Origin: the human T2T-CHM13v2.0 reference genome, Homo sapiens
Assembly: GCA_009914755.4 (NCBI GenBank)
Contig: CP086569.2
Coordinates: 5,216,001-5,280,000, forward strand
Length of the DNA stretch: 64,000 nt
Direction of reading: 5' to 3'
This document shows positions 12,000 to 23,863 of this stretch, one piece after another. Numbering within the stretch: position 1 is the first letter of the stretch; every line of letters begins with the position of its first letter. The notes beneath the pieces are model-generated. The model was not told the DNA's origin. It saw only the letters and a list, made by a program, of their open reading frames with translations, and ran no database searches. A program made the translations under genes and the position numbers.

Positions 12000-14290
12000 A
12001 TCGACTCAATCTACACTGAAGTTAAAGGAACACCCACACACACAAATGAGGAAGAACCAACACAAGAACCCTGGTAACTCAAATGGCCAGTGTCATATGT
12101 CCATGAATGACTGCATCAGTTCTCTAAGAAGGGTTCTTAACCAAGCTTAGCTGGCTGAAGTGACAGACATAGAATTGAGAATATGGATAAGAACAAAGAT
12201 CACGGAGATTCAGGAGAATGGCAAAACCAAATCCAGGAAAACTAAGAATCATAATAAAATGATACAGGAGTTGAAAGCCGAAATAGTGGAATAACAGCAG
12301 AATAGACCAACATGAGGAAATAATCTCAAATCTTGAAGACTGGCTCTCCAAAATAAGACAATTAGACAAAATTAAGAAAAAAAAGAATAAAAAGGAATGG
12401 ACAAAATCTCTGAGAAATATGGGCATATGTAAAGAGGCCAAATCTACTAATCATTGACATCCCTGAAAGGTATGGGGAGAAAGCAAACAACTTTGAAAAC
12501 ATATTTCAGGCTATCATTCATAAAAATTTCCCCAATATTGCTAGAGAGGCCAACAGTCAAATTCAGGAAATACAGAGAACCCCTAAAAAATCAGACACAA
12601 GAAGATCATCCCCAAGAAACATAATCATCAAAATTTCTGAGGTCAAAATAAAAGAAAGAATGGCAGCTAGAGAGAAGGGGCAGATCATCTACAAAGAGAA
12701 TCCTTTCTGGCTAACACCAGACTTCTCAGCTGAAATCCTGCAAGCCAGAAGAGATTGGGGGCCTATATTCAACATTCGTAAACAAACAAACAAACAAATT
12801 CAACCAACATTTTCATATGCAGCCAAACTAAGCTTCCTAAGGGAAGGAGAAATAAGGTCCTTTTAAGATAAGCAAATGTTGAGGGAGTTCATTACCACCA
12901 GACTTGTCTTATAAGAGATCTTGAAGGAGCACTAAATATAGAAAGGAAAGACTGCTACCAGCCTATATAAAAACACACTCAAATACACAGACCAGTGACA
13001 CTATAAAACAATCACACAAACAAGCCAGCATAATAACCAGCTAATAACACAATTACAGGACCAAACGCACACATATCAATACCAACATTGAATGTAAATT
13101 GGCTAAATATCCCACTTAAAAGGCACTGAGTGACAAGCTCCTGCATAGCAAAAGAAACTGTCAACAGAGTAAACAGACAACCCACAGAGTAAATTATTTT
13201 TTGCAAACTATGCATTCAACAAAGGGCTAATATCCAGCATCTATAAGGAACTTAAACGAATTTATAAGAAAAAAACAAACAACCCCATGAAAAAGTGGGC
13301 AAAGGGCATGAACAGACACTTTTCTAAAAAAGACATACATGTGGCCAGCAGGCATATGAAAAAAATCTCAATATCATTAATCATTAGAGAAATGCAAATC
13401 AAAACCGCAATGAGATACCATGTCACACCAGTCAAAATGGCTTTTATTAAAAAGTCAAAAAATAACAGATGCTGGTGAGGTTATGGAAAAAAAGGGAACA
13501 TTTATACACTGTTAATGAAAGTATAAATTAGTTCAACCATTATGGAAAGCAGTATGAAATTCCTCAAAGATTTAAAGACAGAACTACTATTTAACTCAGC
13601 AATCCCATTACTGGGTGTATACCCAGAGGAATAAAAATCATTCTAACATAGAGGAACACGCACACAAATGTTCACTGCAGCACTATTCACAATAGTAAAG
13701 ACATGGAATCAAGCTAAATGCCCATCAATGGCAGATTGGATAAAGAAAACCTGGCACACATGAAATATTATGCAGTCATACAAATAATGAGATCATGTCC
13801 TTTGTGGGCACATGGATAAAGCTGGAGGCCATTATCCTTAGCAAACTAATGCAGGTACAGAAAACCAAATACAACATATTCTCACTTATAAATGGGAACT
13901 AACTGATGAGAACTCATGAACAAAGAAAGAAACAACAGACAAAGGGGGCCTCCTTGAGGGTGGAGTTTTGGAGGAAGGAGAGGAGCAGAAATAATAACTA
14001 TTGAGTACTAGGTTTAGTACCTGGGCAACAAAATAATCTGTACAGCAAACTTCCATGACACGAATTTACCTATATAACAAACCTGCACATGTATTCCAAC
14101 CTAAAATAAAAGGTTGAAAAAAAAAAAAAAGAATGTAATTTGATTGTTTGTAACACAAAGGATAGATAAATGATTGAGGGGATGGATACCCGTTTCTCCA
14201 CGATGTGATTATTATATGTTGCATGCCTGTATCAAAACATCTCATGTATCCCATAAATATATACACCTACTCTGTACGCACAAAAATTTG
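12000..14290 (+). mobile_element. L1 (older L1PA/L1PB-like), sense strand, with a large internal deletion. It keeps ORF1, about 100 codons of ORF2 N-terminus, then ORF2 C-terminus from about aa 1080, the 3'UTR with an internal A-run (14117-14130), and a 3' terminal extension.
   Basis: ORF 12660..12866 (+) contains the ORF1 motif DFSAEILQARRDWGPIFNI...KLSFLREGEI. At 12950-13135 the ORF2 start is recognisable (...KTHSNTQTSDTIKQSHKQASIITS*...LNVNWLNIPLKRH). It then jumps to ...NRVNRQPTE...[83 protein letters not shown] (ORF 13287..13478). The canonical L1 3' tail follows (ggattgtttgtaacacaaaggata...catgtatcccataaatatatacacctact). Confidence 0.85.
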
Positions 14291-16849
14291 AAAATGAAAA
14301 CATGAAGTGGCAAGGATAGTAGATGTGCATATGTGTGTATGGTTTGTATTAAGGCTGAAGTTTAACATGCAGAACAGGAATTAGTTTAACCACTCAAAAT
14401 AGGAAGTCAGGATTCTGTTTATAGTTCTAACTAAAGATAACCAAATAATGATTTTAGTAAAATTTTATGTCTTTTCTAGAGATGTTGGTAAAATTTTATA
14501 GTCTGAGCTTCAGTGGATCTCTACTAAGATAAACAAGATATTTAAAATGTAATTTTGAAAAGCCAGATACTGATAATGAAGGATAAATTACCTTACTTAA
14601 ATACATAATTGACCTTATAACAGAAAAACAAATATGACTATAATTTTTAAATTGTCCATATGTCCCCTTCCTTCTCTCTTTAAACTTAGCATCTGCTCAT
14701 TAATTAATTTCACTCACTTCTATTAAGTGTATCATGTGCTCTGGCACTGTACTATTATTGCTTTTGAGTCTTAAGTAAGCAGAAGAAAAGCTTTCTTACA
14801 TGGAATGGCCCACTGTTTTACATGGAAACAGAAGTCCTGCAACAGGTGCAGAACTTTTCCTAGCTGCTGTCTAGTATATATTTCTCCCTTAAGGTATTCT
14901 TGTAAGGGAAAAAGATAATTGATAATTAGTCTGAATGAACCCAAGGGTGGAAAAGGACCCTGCTTTAAGCCCTAATATGACTAAACCTTGCAGAGAAAAT
15001 AATGAAAAAGATTTAAAAAATACAGCTATAGGTAACAAGACAGATGACAGCATGATTTAATTGTATTGAAAACAATAAGGGACCTACTGCTAAGTAATGC
15101 ACCTACTGCTAAGTAACGCATCGAAAATTGGGTGCTGCCAAAAATGGCCAGTTGTGTGCTTTGAACTTAATCTGATAGGTAGTAAGACATACGTAAGCGA
15201 ACACAATATTTTAGAGTCTATAGAAATTTGATGTTGTAAGTAAATTGAGAGTCATATATTCCATCTTCAACTCAGTCAAGCACCCTTGCCTACACATTGT
15301 CCTTTCCTTAATTCTACTCTAATGACAAAAGTACCAGACAACATGTATCCTGAATGATGTCTTTTATTGTTTTAAAAATTGCATGTATATTGCATAAACA
15401 CGTATTTTAGTAAACATAAGACACACAATATGATTTTAAAAACTCCCTCGGTGCTGTTGCTTTCACTCAAAGCAGTTATTATTAAGGGAATTGATTATTT
15501 TGTTGAATTTAATTTAAAATGTTAATTATGTATCATTTATTGGGGTTGACAAAGTTCAGGATATTCTACTCCAAAATATGATACCTTGTCATACTGAATA
15601 TTTTCAGCTGAAGTAATTTGAGAAAACAGCAGAAGCAGGAAGGTCAGTCTCAACTCCTCCCCACCTCTCCTTGTTACTTGAAGCATGCCATAAAACCTAG
15701 GAAGGATTTTCTGACTGTTCCCTGAAGCAGGTCATAAGACACTCAATAGAAAGGTACCCTTCTTATACCCAGAAGAAAAGAATATTTTTATATCTGAAGA
15801 TGAAGGGTCACAGAGAAGGAGTTGAACCAGCAGGTCTTGCTAAGTTTCCTTCAGTCACCATTGGATCTACCCCACTTTGTCCATTTATTTCTCCATAATT
15901 ATTCACTCTTCATCAAACATAAGCATAAAAATACACAAGTTTACCTGTTTTTATGGGTCTTCATTTCCTTATTACAGTCCCCATGTCATATGAAAGTTGT
16001 ACTGAACAGATTTGTATGCTTTTTCCTTGTTAGTCTTTTGCTATAGTGCCTAAGACATGAGATTAATATGGGTGAGAAAAAGATATTTCTCCTCCTCTCC
16101 ACAGTAAACTTGATATACTTGGACTTACTTGGACGTATATGTCATGACACCAGAAGTAGACATGAATAGAATTTTTAATACTTTTGTATTAGAAAAATGC
16201 ACAGGAGACATCTGGAATTTCAACAAATATCAGACTATGCATAAATATGTAACCCAGAATTCATTTGGGTTTCCTAGGTGTTATTGTCAATTAATGGCAT
16301 TTATGTAATTAAACTGAGTTTATGAACTGTCATAAGAAAGAAGTAGTAAAGAAGTGTCTTTAGGGTCATACCTCTGAAGGTAAGAACACCAAGTGGGCTA
16401 CAATAATAACAATTAAGCTTATATATTATCCTAGCAATTACTTTGGATTGTGTTTATCTCTGTTATACTGAAATGGAAGCCAAAGCTTAAAAGGAAAACA
16501 AAATGTGACCTGAATTTGGAGGAATATGGACAGACCTTAGATGGAATCAGAGCCATAGGATCTTCCTCCATGTAATGAATGACCAAACCATGCAGCTATT
16601 CTGGATGGCTGTGGATCAAGTCAGCTTGCATATAGTACTAAAACCATTATAATTTTGAAAAATATATCTAGGAAAGTATGAAAAAGTGATTGAGTTTATA
16701 AATCAAAACTTGCTAAAAGATTTTTCTATGTATAAAGACATAAACTATTTAAATAATCACTGCTTGACTTATTTTAAACATTTTTATGAACTTCTTGAGA
16801 GTTCAGGTTTAGGTACACAAACAGATATCAACTTCAAAATTTCAGCTCT

Positions 16850-16920
16850 TTCTCTCCCCTCCTCCTCCATTCTTTTCCTCTCCCTTCCTTCCTTCCTACT
16901 ATCCTTTCTTCTGCTTGCAT
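16850..16920. repeat. CT-rich low-complexity tract
   Basis: tctctcccctcctcctccattcttttcctctcccttccttccttcc. Confidence 0.7.
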
Positions 16921-17313
16921 CTACTTATGCATTGGAGACAGTCTAAGCAAAATGATTCCCAACAAAACATTACACTTAAACAATCTTTGGAAGACTAAAG
17001 ATTTTTTAAAAACAATAAACCACAAGATGTTATGAATTATCGGAAATTACATAGGAGAATGGAGTACAAACAGTTACATTTCAGAGCCGTTTTTACTTGA
17101 TAATTATACTTAATGACAATGTTTTGATAGCTAGTTTTTTAAAAAAACAATTTTATTCTCTTTTATTATGGAGTGTGAACATGCTTTTCCTCTTGGTATT
17201 CTCCAGTGTCAGCCTTGTTTTTAGTGCTGAATAATGTCAAAGATTAAATTTTCTTTTTAGAAACCATTTTTTTCCAATAATTTATTCTAATTTACAAGAT
17301 CTTGAATGGTTTT

Positions 17314-17546
17314 TTTAGAAGTTTTATTTTAGATTCAGGGAGTACATGTGCAGTATGTTACCTGGGTATATTGCATGATGTTTGGGGTACAAATGACCCA
17401 GGTCCTGAACATGGTACTGAATAGTTTTTCAACTTTTGCATCCCTCCCTCCCTCCCCACTCTGGTAGTCCTCAGTGTCTGTTGTTGCCATATGTATGTTC
17501 ATGAGTGCCCAATGTTTAGCTCTCACTTACAAGTAAGAACATGTGG
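17314..17546 (-). mobile_element. L1 3' end (ORF2 C-terminus and 3'UTR), antisense. This is segment 1 of an L1 that is split by the THE1 insertion.
   Basis: agattcagggagtacatgtgcagtatgttacctgggtat... and cccaatgtttagctctcacttacaagtaagaacatgtggtg match the reverse complement of the L1 3' terminus. Confidence 0.85.
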
Positions 17547-17899
17547 TGATATTCTTTGGCTGTGTCTCCACACAAATCTCATCTCGAATACCCATGCATT
17601 GTGGGAGGACCTGGTGGGAGGTAATTGAATCATGGGGGCAGGACCTTCCCATGCTGTGCTCCTGATAGTGGGTAAGTCTCATGAGATCTGATGGTTTTAA
17701 AAAGAGGAGTTCCCCTGCACAAGCTCTCTCTGCCTGCTGCCATCCACGTAAGATGTGACTTGCCCCTCCTTGCCTTCTGCCATGATTGTGAGGCCTCTCC
17801 AGCCATGTGGAGCTGTTAAGTCCAGTAAGCTTCTTTCTTCTGTAAATTGCCCAGTCTCAGGTATGTCTTTATCAGCAGTGTGAAAACAGACTAATACAG
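17547..17899 (+). repeat. 5' LTR of THE1 element A (with an internal deletion relative to its 3' LTR)
   Basis: See the parent feature. It lacks the ...tgtagctcccataattc... block that is present in the 3' LTR. Confidence 0.85.
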
Positions 17900-19466
17900 T
17901 AAATTGGTACCAGTAGAGTGGGGTGCTGCTGAAAAGATACCCAAAAATGTGGAAGCAACTTTGGAACTGGTTGACAGGCAGAGGTTGGAACAGTTTGGAG
18001 GGCTCAGAAGAAGACAGGAAAATGTGGGAAAGTTTGGAACTCCCTAGAGACTTGTTGAATGGCTTTGACTAAAATGCTGATAGTAATATGCACAATGAAG
18101 TCCAGGCTGAGGTGGTCTTAGATAGAGATAAGAAACTTGTTGGGAACTGGAGAAAAGTTGACTCGTTATCTTTTAGCAAAGAGATGGATGGCACTTTTCC
18201 CCTGCTCTAGGGATTTGTGGTACTTTGAACTTTAGAGAGATGACTTAGGGTATCTGGTGGAAGAAATTTCTAAGCAGCAAAGCATTCAGGATGTGACTTG
18301 GGTGCTGTTAAAGACATTCAGTTTTATAAGGAAAGCAGAGCATAAGAGTTCTGAAAATTTGCAGTCTGACAATTTGATAGAAAAGAAATTCCCATTTTCT
18401 GAGGAGAAATTCAGCCAGCTGCAGAAATTTGCATAATTAACTAGGAGCCAAATGTTAATCACCAAGACAATGGGGAAAATATCTCCAGGGCACACCAGGA
18501 GGCTTTATGGCAGCCCCTCCTATCACATAGCCTCCTCCTGGAGGCCTATGAGGGAAAAATGGTTTCATGGGCCAGGCCCAGGGTTCCCATGCTGAGTGTT
18601 GCCTAGGGACTTGGTGCCCTGTGTCCCAGCTGCTTCAGTCATGGCTGAAAGGGGCCAAGGTAGAGGTTGGGCCATGGCTTCAGAGGGTGCAATCCCCAAG
18701 CCTTGGTAGCTTTCACTTGTTGTTGAGTCTGTGGGTACACAGAAGTCAGTAAGTGAGGTTTGGAAACCTCTGCCTTAGACTTCAGAAGATGTATGGAAAT
18801 GCCTGGATGTCCAGGCAGAAGTTTGCTGCAGGAGCAGCACCCTCATGAAGAACCTCTGCTAAAGCAGTGTGGTAGGGAAATGTGGGGTCGGCACCCACAC
18901 ACAGAGTCCCTACTAGGGCATCATCTAGTGGAACTGTGAGAAGAGGGTTACAGTCCTTCAGACCTTAGAATGGTAGATCCACTGACAGCTTTCACTGTGT
19001 GCCTGGAAAAGCCACAAACACTCAACACCAGCCCACGAAAGCAGTTGGGAGGGATGCTGTACCCTGCCAAGTCACAGGGGCAGAGCTTTCCAAGACTATG
19101 GGAACTACCTCTTGCATCAGTGTGACCTGGATGTGAGACATGGAGTCAAAGGATATCATTTTGGAGTCTTAAGATTTGACTGCCCTGCTGGATTATGGAC
19201 TTGCATGGGGCCTGTAGCCTCTTTGTTTTGGCCAATGTCTCCCATTTGGAATGGCTGTATTTACTGAATGCCTGTTCCCCCATTGTATCTAGGAAGTAAC
19301 TAACTTGCTTTTGATTTTACACACTCATAGGCAGAAGGGACTTGCGTTTTCATGGATGAGAATTTGGACTGTGGACTTTTGAGTTAAAACTTTGAGGGAC
19401 TGTTGGGAAGGCTTGATTGTTTTTTAAATATGAGGACATGAGATTTGAGAGGGGCCAGGGGTGGAA

Positions 19467-19805
19467 TGATATGGTTTGGCTGTGTCCACACCCAAATCTC
19501 ATCTTGAGTTTCCATGTGTTGTGAGGGAACTGGGTGGAAGGTAATTGAATCATGGGGGCAGGCTTTTCCCATGCTGCTCTCATGATAGTGAATAAGTACC
19601 ACAAGATCTGATGGTTCTATAAGGGGGAGTTTCCTAGCACAAGCTATTCCTTTGCCTGCTGCCATCCATGTAAGATGTGATGTGCACCATGATTGTGAGG
19701 CTTCCCCAGCCATATGGAACCATAAGTCCATTAAATTTCTTTCTTTTGTAAGTTGCCCAGTTTTGAGTATGTCTTTATCAGCAGTGTGAAAATGGACTAA
19801 TACAT
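19467..19805 (+). repeat. 3' LTR of THE1 element A
   Basis: tgatatggtttggctgtgtccacacccaaatctcatcttgag...ggactaatacatg. Confidence 0.88.
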
Positions 19806-22580
19806 GTGTTATTTGGGTTTATGTACTTGTATTATTTTACTTAGGGTAATGGGCTCCAGTTGCATTCATTTCATAGCAAAGGACATAATTTCCTTTCTTT
19901 TATGGCTGTGTAGTATTCTACAGTGTATACATAACACACTTCCTTTATCCAGTTCATCACTGATGGGCACCTAGGTTGATTCCATGTCTTGTTATTGTGA
20001 ATATTGCTGCAACGAACATGCTGTTGGCATGTGTCTTTTTGGTAGAAAAATTTATATTTCTTTGAGTATATACCCAGTAATGGGATTGCTGTGTCAAATG
20101 ATAATTCCATTTTACATTCTTTGAGAAATCTCCAAGCTTCTTCACACAGTGGCTGAATTACTTTACATTCCCACCACCAGTGTATAAGCATTCCCTTTTC
20201 TCCATAGCCTCACCAGCATCTGTTGTTTTTTGTCTTTTTCATAATAGTTGCTCTGACTGTTGTGAGATAGAGATAGTATCTTATTGTGGTTTTGATTTGC
20301 ATTTTTCTGATTAGTGATATGGAGCATTTTTTGCAACCCACTGGTATGAGATGGTATCTCATTTTGGTTTTGATTTTCATTTTCTGATGATTAGTGATAT
20401 GGAGCATTTGTTCATGTTTGTTGGCTACCTGTATGTCTTCTTATGAGAAGTGTATGTTCATGTCCATTGTCTATTTTTAATGGGGTTGTTATTAGGTTTT
20501 TGCTTGTTGATTTGTTTAACTTTCTTATAGATTCTTGATATTAGTCCTCTGATAGATTCTTGATATTAGTCCTCTGTCAGATGCATAGTTTGCAAATATT
20601 TTCTCCTATGCTGGAGTTTGTGTTTTTCCTCTGCTGATAGTTTCTTTTGTTGTGCAGAAGATCTTTAGTTTAATCAGTTCCCACTTGTGAATTTTTGTTT
20701 TTGATGTAATCACTTTTGAGAATGCAGCCATAAATTATATCCCAAGGCCAATTTCCAGAATGGTGTTTTCTAGGTTTTCTTCTAGGATTCTTATAGTTAG
20801 AGGTTTTACATTTAAACCTTCAACTTATCTTGAGTTAATTTTTGTATGTGGTAAAAGGTATGGATCTACCATTATTCTTCTGCATGTGGCTAGCCAGCTA
20901 TCCCAGCATCATTTATAACATAGGGAGTCCTTTCCCTATTGCTTAATTTTGTTGACTTTGTTGAAGATAAGATGGTTTCATGTAGGTATGCAGCTTTATT
21001 TCTGGGTTCTCTATCCTGTTTCATTAGTCTACATGACTGTTCTTGTACTAGTATCATGCTATTTTTTTTATTGTAGCCTCATAGTGTAATTTAAAGTCAG
21101 ATAATGTGATGCCTCCAGTATTTTTCTTTTAGCTTAACATAGCTTTTGCTATTCAGGCTCTTTTTTGTACCATATGAATTTTAGAATAGTTTTTTTTTCT
21201 AGTTCTGTAAAAAATGATGTTGGTATTTTGATAGAAATAGTGTTGAATCTGTAAATTGCTTTGGGCAGTATGGCCATATTAATGTATTAAGTCTTCCAAT
21301 CCATGAGCATGAAACGTTTTTCCATGTGTTTTTGTCATCTCTGATTTCTTTGAGCAGTGTTTTGTAGTTCTCTTTGCAGAGATATTTCACCTTGGTTAGA
21401 TGTGTTCCTAGGTATTTTATGTTTTTGGTGGTTATTGTAGATGAGATGACATTCTTGATTTGACCCTCAGCTTGAATGTTTTTTTGGGAAGGAGTGTAAA
21501 AATTTACTGATTTTTGCACATTGATTTTGTATCCTGAAACTTTACCATAGTTCTTTATCAGTTCCAGGAACTTTTTGACAGAGTCTTTAGGGTTTTCTAA
21601 ATATAGAATTTTGTCAACCACAAACAGTGGTAGTTTGACTCTTTTCTTTTTTTCCTATTTGGTTGTCTTTTGTTTCTTTCCCTTTCCTGATTGCTCTGGC
21701 TAGCTCTTCCAATACTATGTTGTATAACAGTGGTGATAGTAGGCATTCATGTCCTGTTGCAGTTCTCAAAGGGAGTGCTTCCAGCTTTTGTCCATTTAAT
21801 ATGATGTTGGCTGCATGTTTGTCATAGATGGCTCTTATTGTTTTAAGGTGTGTTCCTTTGATGCCTAGTCTGTTGGATTTTTTTTTTAATGATGAAGGGA
21901 TGTTGAATTTAATCAAAAGCTTTTTCTGCATCTATTGAGAAAAATAGTTTATGACAATATGGTTTTTGTTTTTAATTGTGTTTATGTAGTAAATCACATT
22001 TATTGATTTGTGTATGTTGAATCAACCTTGCAATCTCATGAATAATGCCTATTCAATCATGACAAGTTAACTTTTTGATGTGCTGTCAGATTCCATTTGT
22101 TAGTATTTTGTTGAGGATTTTCATGTCTGTGTTTATCAAGAATATTGGCCTACAGTTTCCTTTTCTTATTGTGTCTTTGTCAGGTTTTGTTTTCAGGGTG
22201 ATGCTGGTATTTTAGAAAGAGCTGCAGAGGAGCTCTTTCTCCTTGATTTTTTGGAATAGTTTCAGTAGAATTGGTACCAGCTCTTCTTTGTACTTCTGGT
22301 AGAATTGAACTGTGAATCCGTTTGGTCCAGGGCTTTTTTTTTTTTTTTTCTTTTTTTCTTTTTTTTTTTTTTTTGATTGGTAGGTTTTTTACTATTGATT
22401 CAATTTTGGAACTTGATGTTCCTCTCTTTAGGATTTCAACTTCTTCCCGATTCAATCTTGGAAGATTGTATGTTTCCAGGAATTTGTCAGTTTCTTCTAG
22501 ATCATCTAGTCATCTAGTTCATGTGCATAGAGTTGTTCTTAATAATCCCAGAGGATCATGTATATTTCTGTGAGGAGATC
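19806..22580 (-). mobile_element. L1 ORF2 (about aa 1150 down to about aa 500), antisense. This is segment 2 of the L1 interrupted by THE1 element A. It is an old family (L1PB/L1MA-like) because it predates the THE1 insertion.
   Basis: ORFs 19871..20191 (-) show WWECKVIQPLC...PLLGIYSKKYK...WIKEVCYVYTVEYYTAIKERK, and 21199..21931 (-) show RT-domain motifs (...[58 protein letters not shown]... and ...GYKINVQKSV.FYTPSQKNIQAEGQIKNVISSTITTKNIKYLG...). The text continues the L1 antisense broken at 17546. Confidence 0.9.
20262..20416. repeat. Roughly 75-80 bp tandem duplication inside L1 ORF2 (antisense), duplicating the REMQIKTTMRYHL region
   Basis: gtgagatagagatagtatcttattgtggttttgatttgcatttttctgattagtgatatggagcatttttt and gtatgagatggtatctcattttggttttgattttcattttctgatgattagtgatatggagcatttgtt sit adjacent. 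ORF 20210..20407 (-) shows the motif twice. Confidence 0.8.
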
Positions 22581-23493
22581 TTATATTTTAAAATACTACA
22601 ACTTGCTTGAAAAAAAAATGATATAAATACAAGTTAGTTCCAACATGGATTTTAAGAGTTCACATCAAGAATGCATCATAAATTATGAGGGGTTAAAAAA
22701 CTAAAAGAATATTTTTTCAGAACAGACCAAGAAAACAATTAAGTTGGGAAAACTTAATGCATAAGAAAAGTTTAAAGGAATCAGGAGAAGTCTAAAACCG
22801 ATTTTAAAACTGTTTTTAATATTGTAAGTACTTAATGAAACTAGGATATTTAAGATCAAGTGTACTTTATTTTCACTAGATATAGGAGAGAATGTTGAAT
22901 TGAATTAAATTATAATTAAAAATTATGCTAGCTCTGAGGAATTGCTTCTTTCTAGTAAGATACACTGCTGAAAAAATATATATGGGATATTATAGAATAT
23001 CCCTTGAATGTGATTAAGAGTAGAATTTTCAGCAGTGTCACAAATAACTAAAATTCAGATTTGTAATGAAAAAGCAAACTGGATTAGAAAATTATGCTTT
23101 TGTTCCTACTCTTTGATTCCATAATAATTCTGAAAGAACATGTTAGCAAATGCCTTCAACTTAGGTGAACTCCTTAATTTAACCTCATATTATTGGTTTT
23201 GTGTCATGTCTCAATATGTCACCAAAGCCAGCCCAGATTTTAAATTCTTATTATTACTTAATAACACCTACATTTTTATCTTAGAAATTCTCCTTCAAGG
23301 CATCACAAAGCAGAATTTAAAAAAAAGAAAGAATACTTTCTGAGTATCAACCAATATTTTAAATGATTCTGTATCATGTGCAGCCTCTTTCCTATATAGT
23401 GTGCAAATAATGTACTTCTTTTTGGATTAAATGGACTCAGGAGTGTACTATCTAGAATATTGTACAAAATTGCCTTGAATATGTTATATGCAA

Positions 23494-23863
23494 TGATATG
23501 GTTTCACTGTGTCCCAACCCAAATCTCATCTTGAATTTAATGCCCATAATTCCCAAATGTTGTGGGAGGAGGAACCTGGTGGGAGGTGACTGAATTATGG
23601 GGCAGGCCTTTCCTGTGCTGTTCTTGTGATACTGAATGAGTCTCACAAGATCTGATGGCTTTAAAAACGGAAGTTTCCCTGCACAAGCCCTCTCTTTGCC
23701 TGCTGCCATCCCTATACGATGTGACTTGCTCCTCCTTGCCTTCTACCATAATTGTGAGGCCTCCCCAGCCATGTGGAACTGTAAGTCCATTAAATCCTTT
23801 CCCGTATAAATTACCCAGTCTCAGGTATGTCTTTATGAGCAGCATGAAAATGGATTGATACAG
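23494..23863 (+). repeat. 5' LTR of THE1 element B
   Basis: See the parent feature. Confidence 0.88.

Larger units (their letters stand above)
17547..19805 (+). mobile_element. THE1-class MaLR retrotransposon, full length. 5' LTR is about 17547-17899, the internal region 17900-19466, and the 3' LTR about 19467-19805. It is inserted into the minus-strand L1.
   Basis: Both LTRs start with tgatat(g/t)(g/c)tttggctgtgtc.cac.caaatctcatct... and end with ...cagtctcaggtatgtctttatcagcagtgtgaaaa.ggactaataca. The internal part matches the THE1 internal sequence (gtaaattggtaccagtagagtggggtgctgctgaaaagatacc.aaaaatgtggaagc.actttggaactgg ... ggccaggggtggaa). Antisense LTR reading frames of the MAAGKERACAGKLPF type occur in the track. 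Confidence 0.92.

Noticed and set aside
11746-12150. 134-aa plus-strand ORF
   Set aside because: It reads straight through an Alu fragment, a MaLR LTR fragment and the start of an L1. It is a composite of three unrelated repeats.
21199-21931. 140-aa and 105-aa minus-strand ORFs
   Set aside because: L1 ORF2 reverse-transcriptase domain remnants of the L1 interrupted by THE1 element A.
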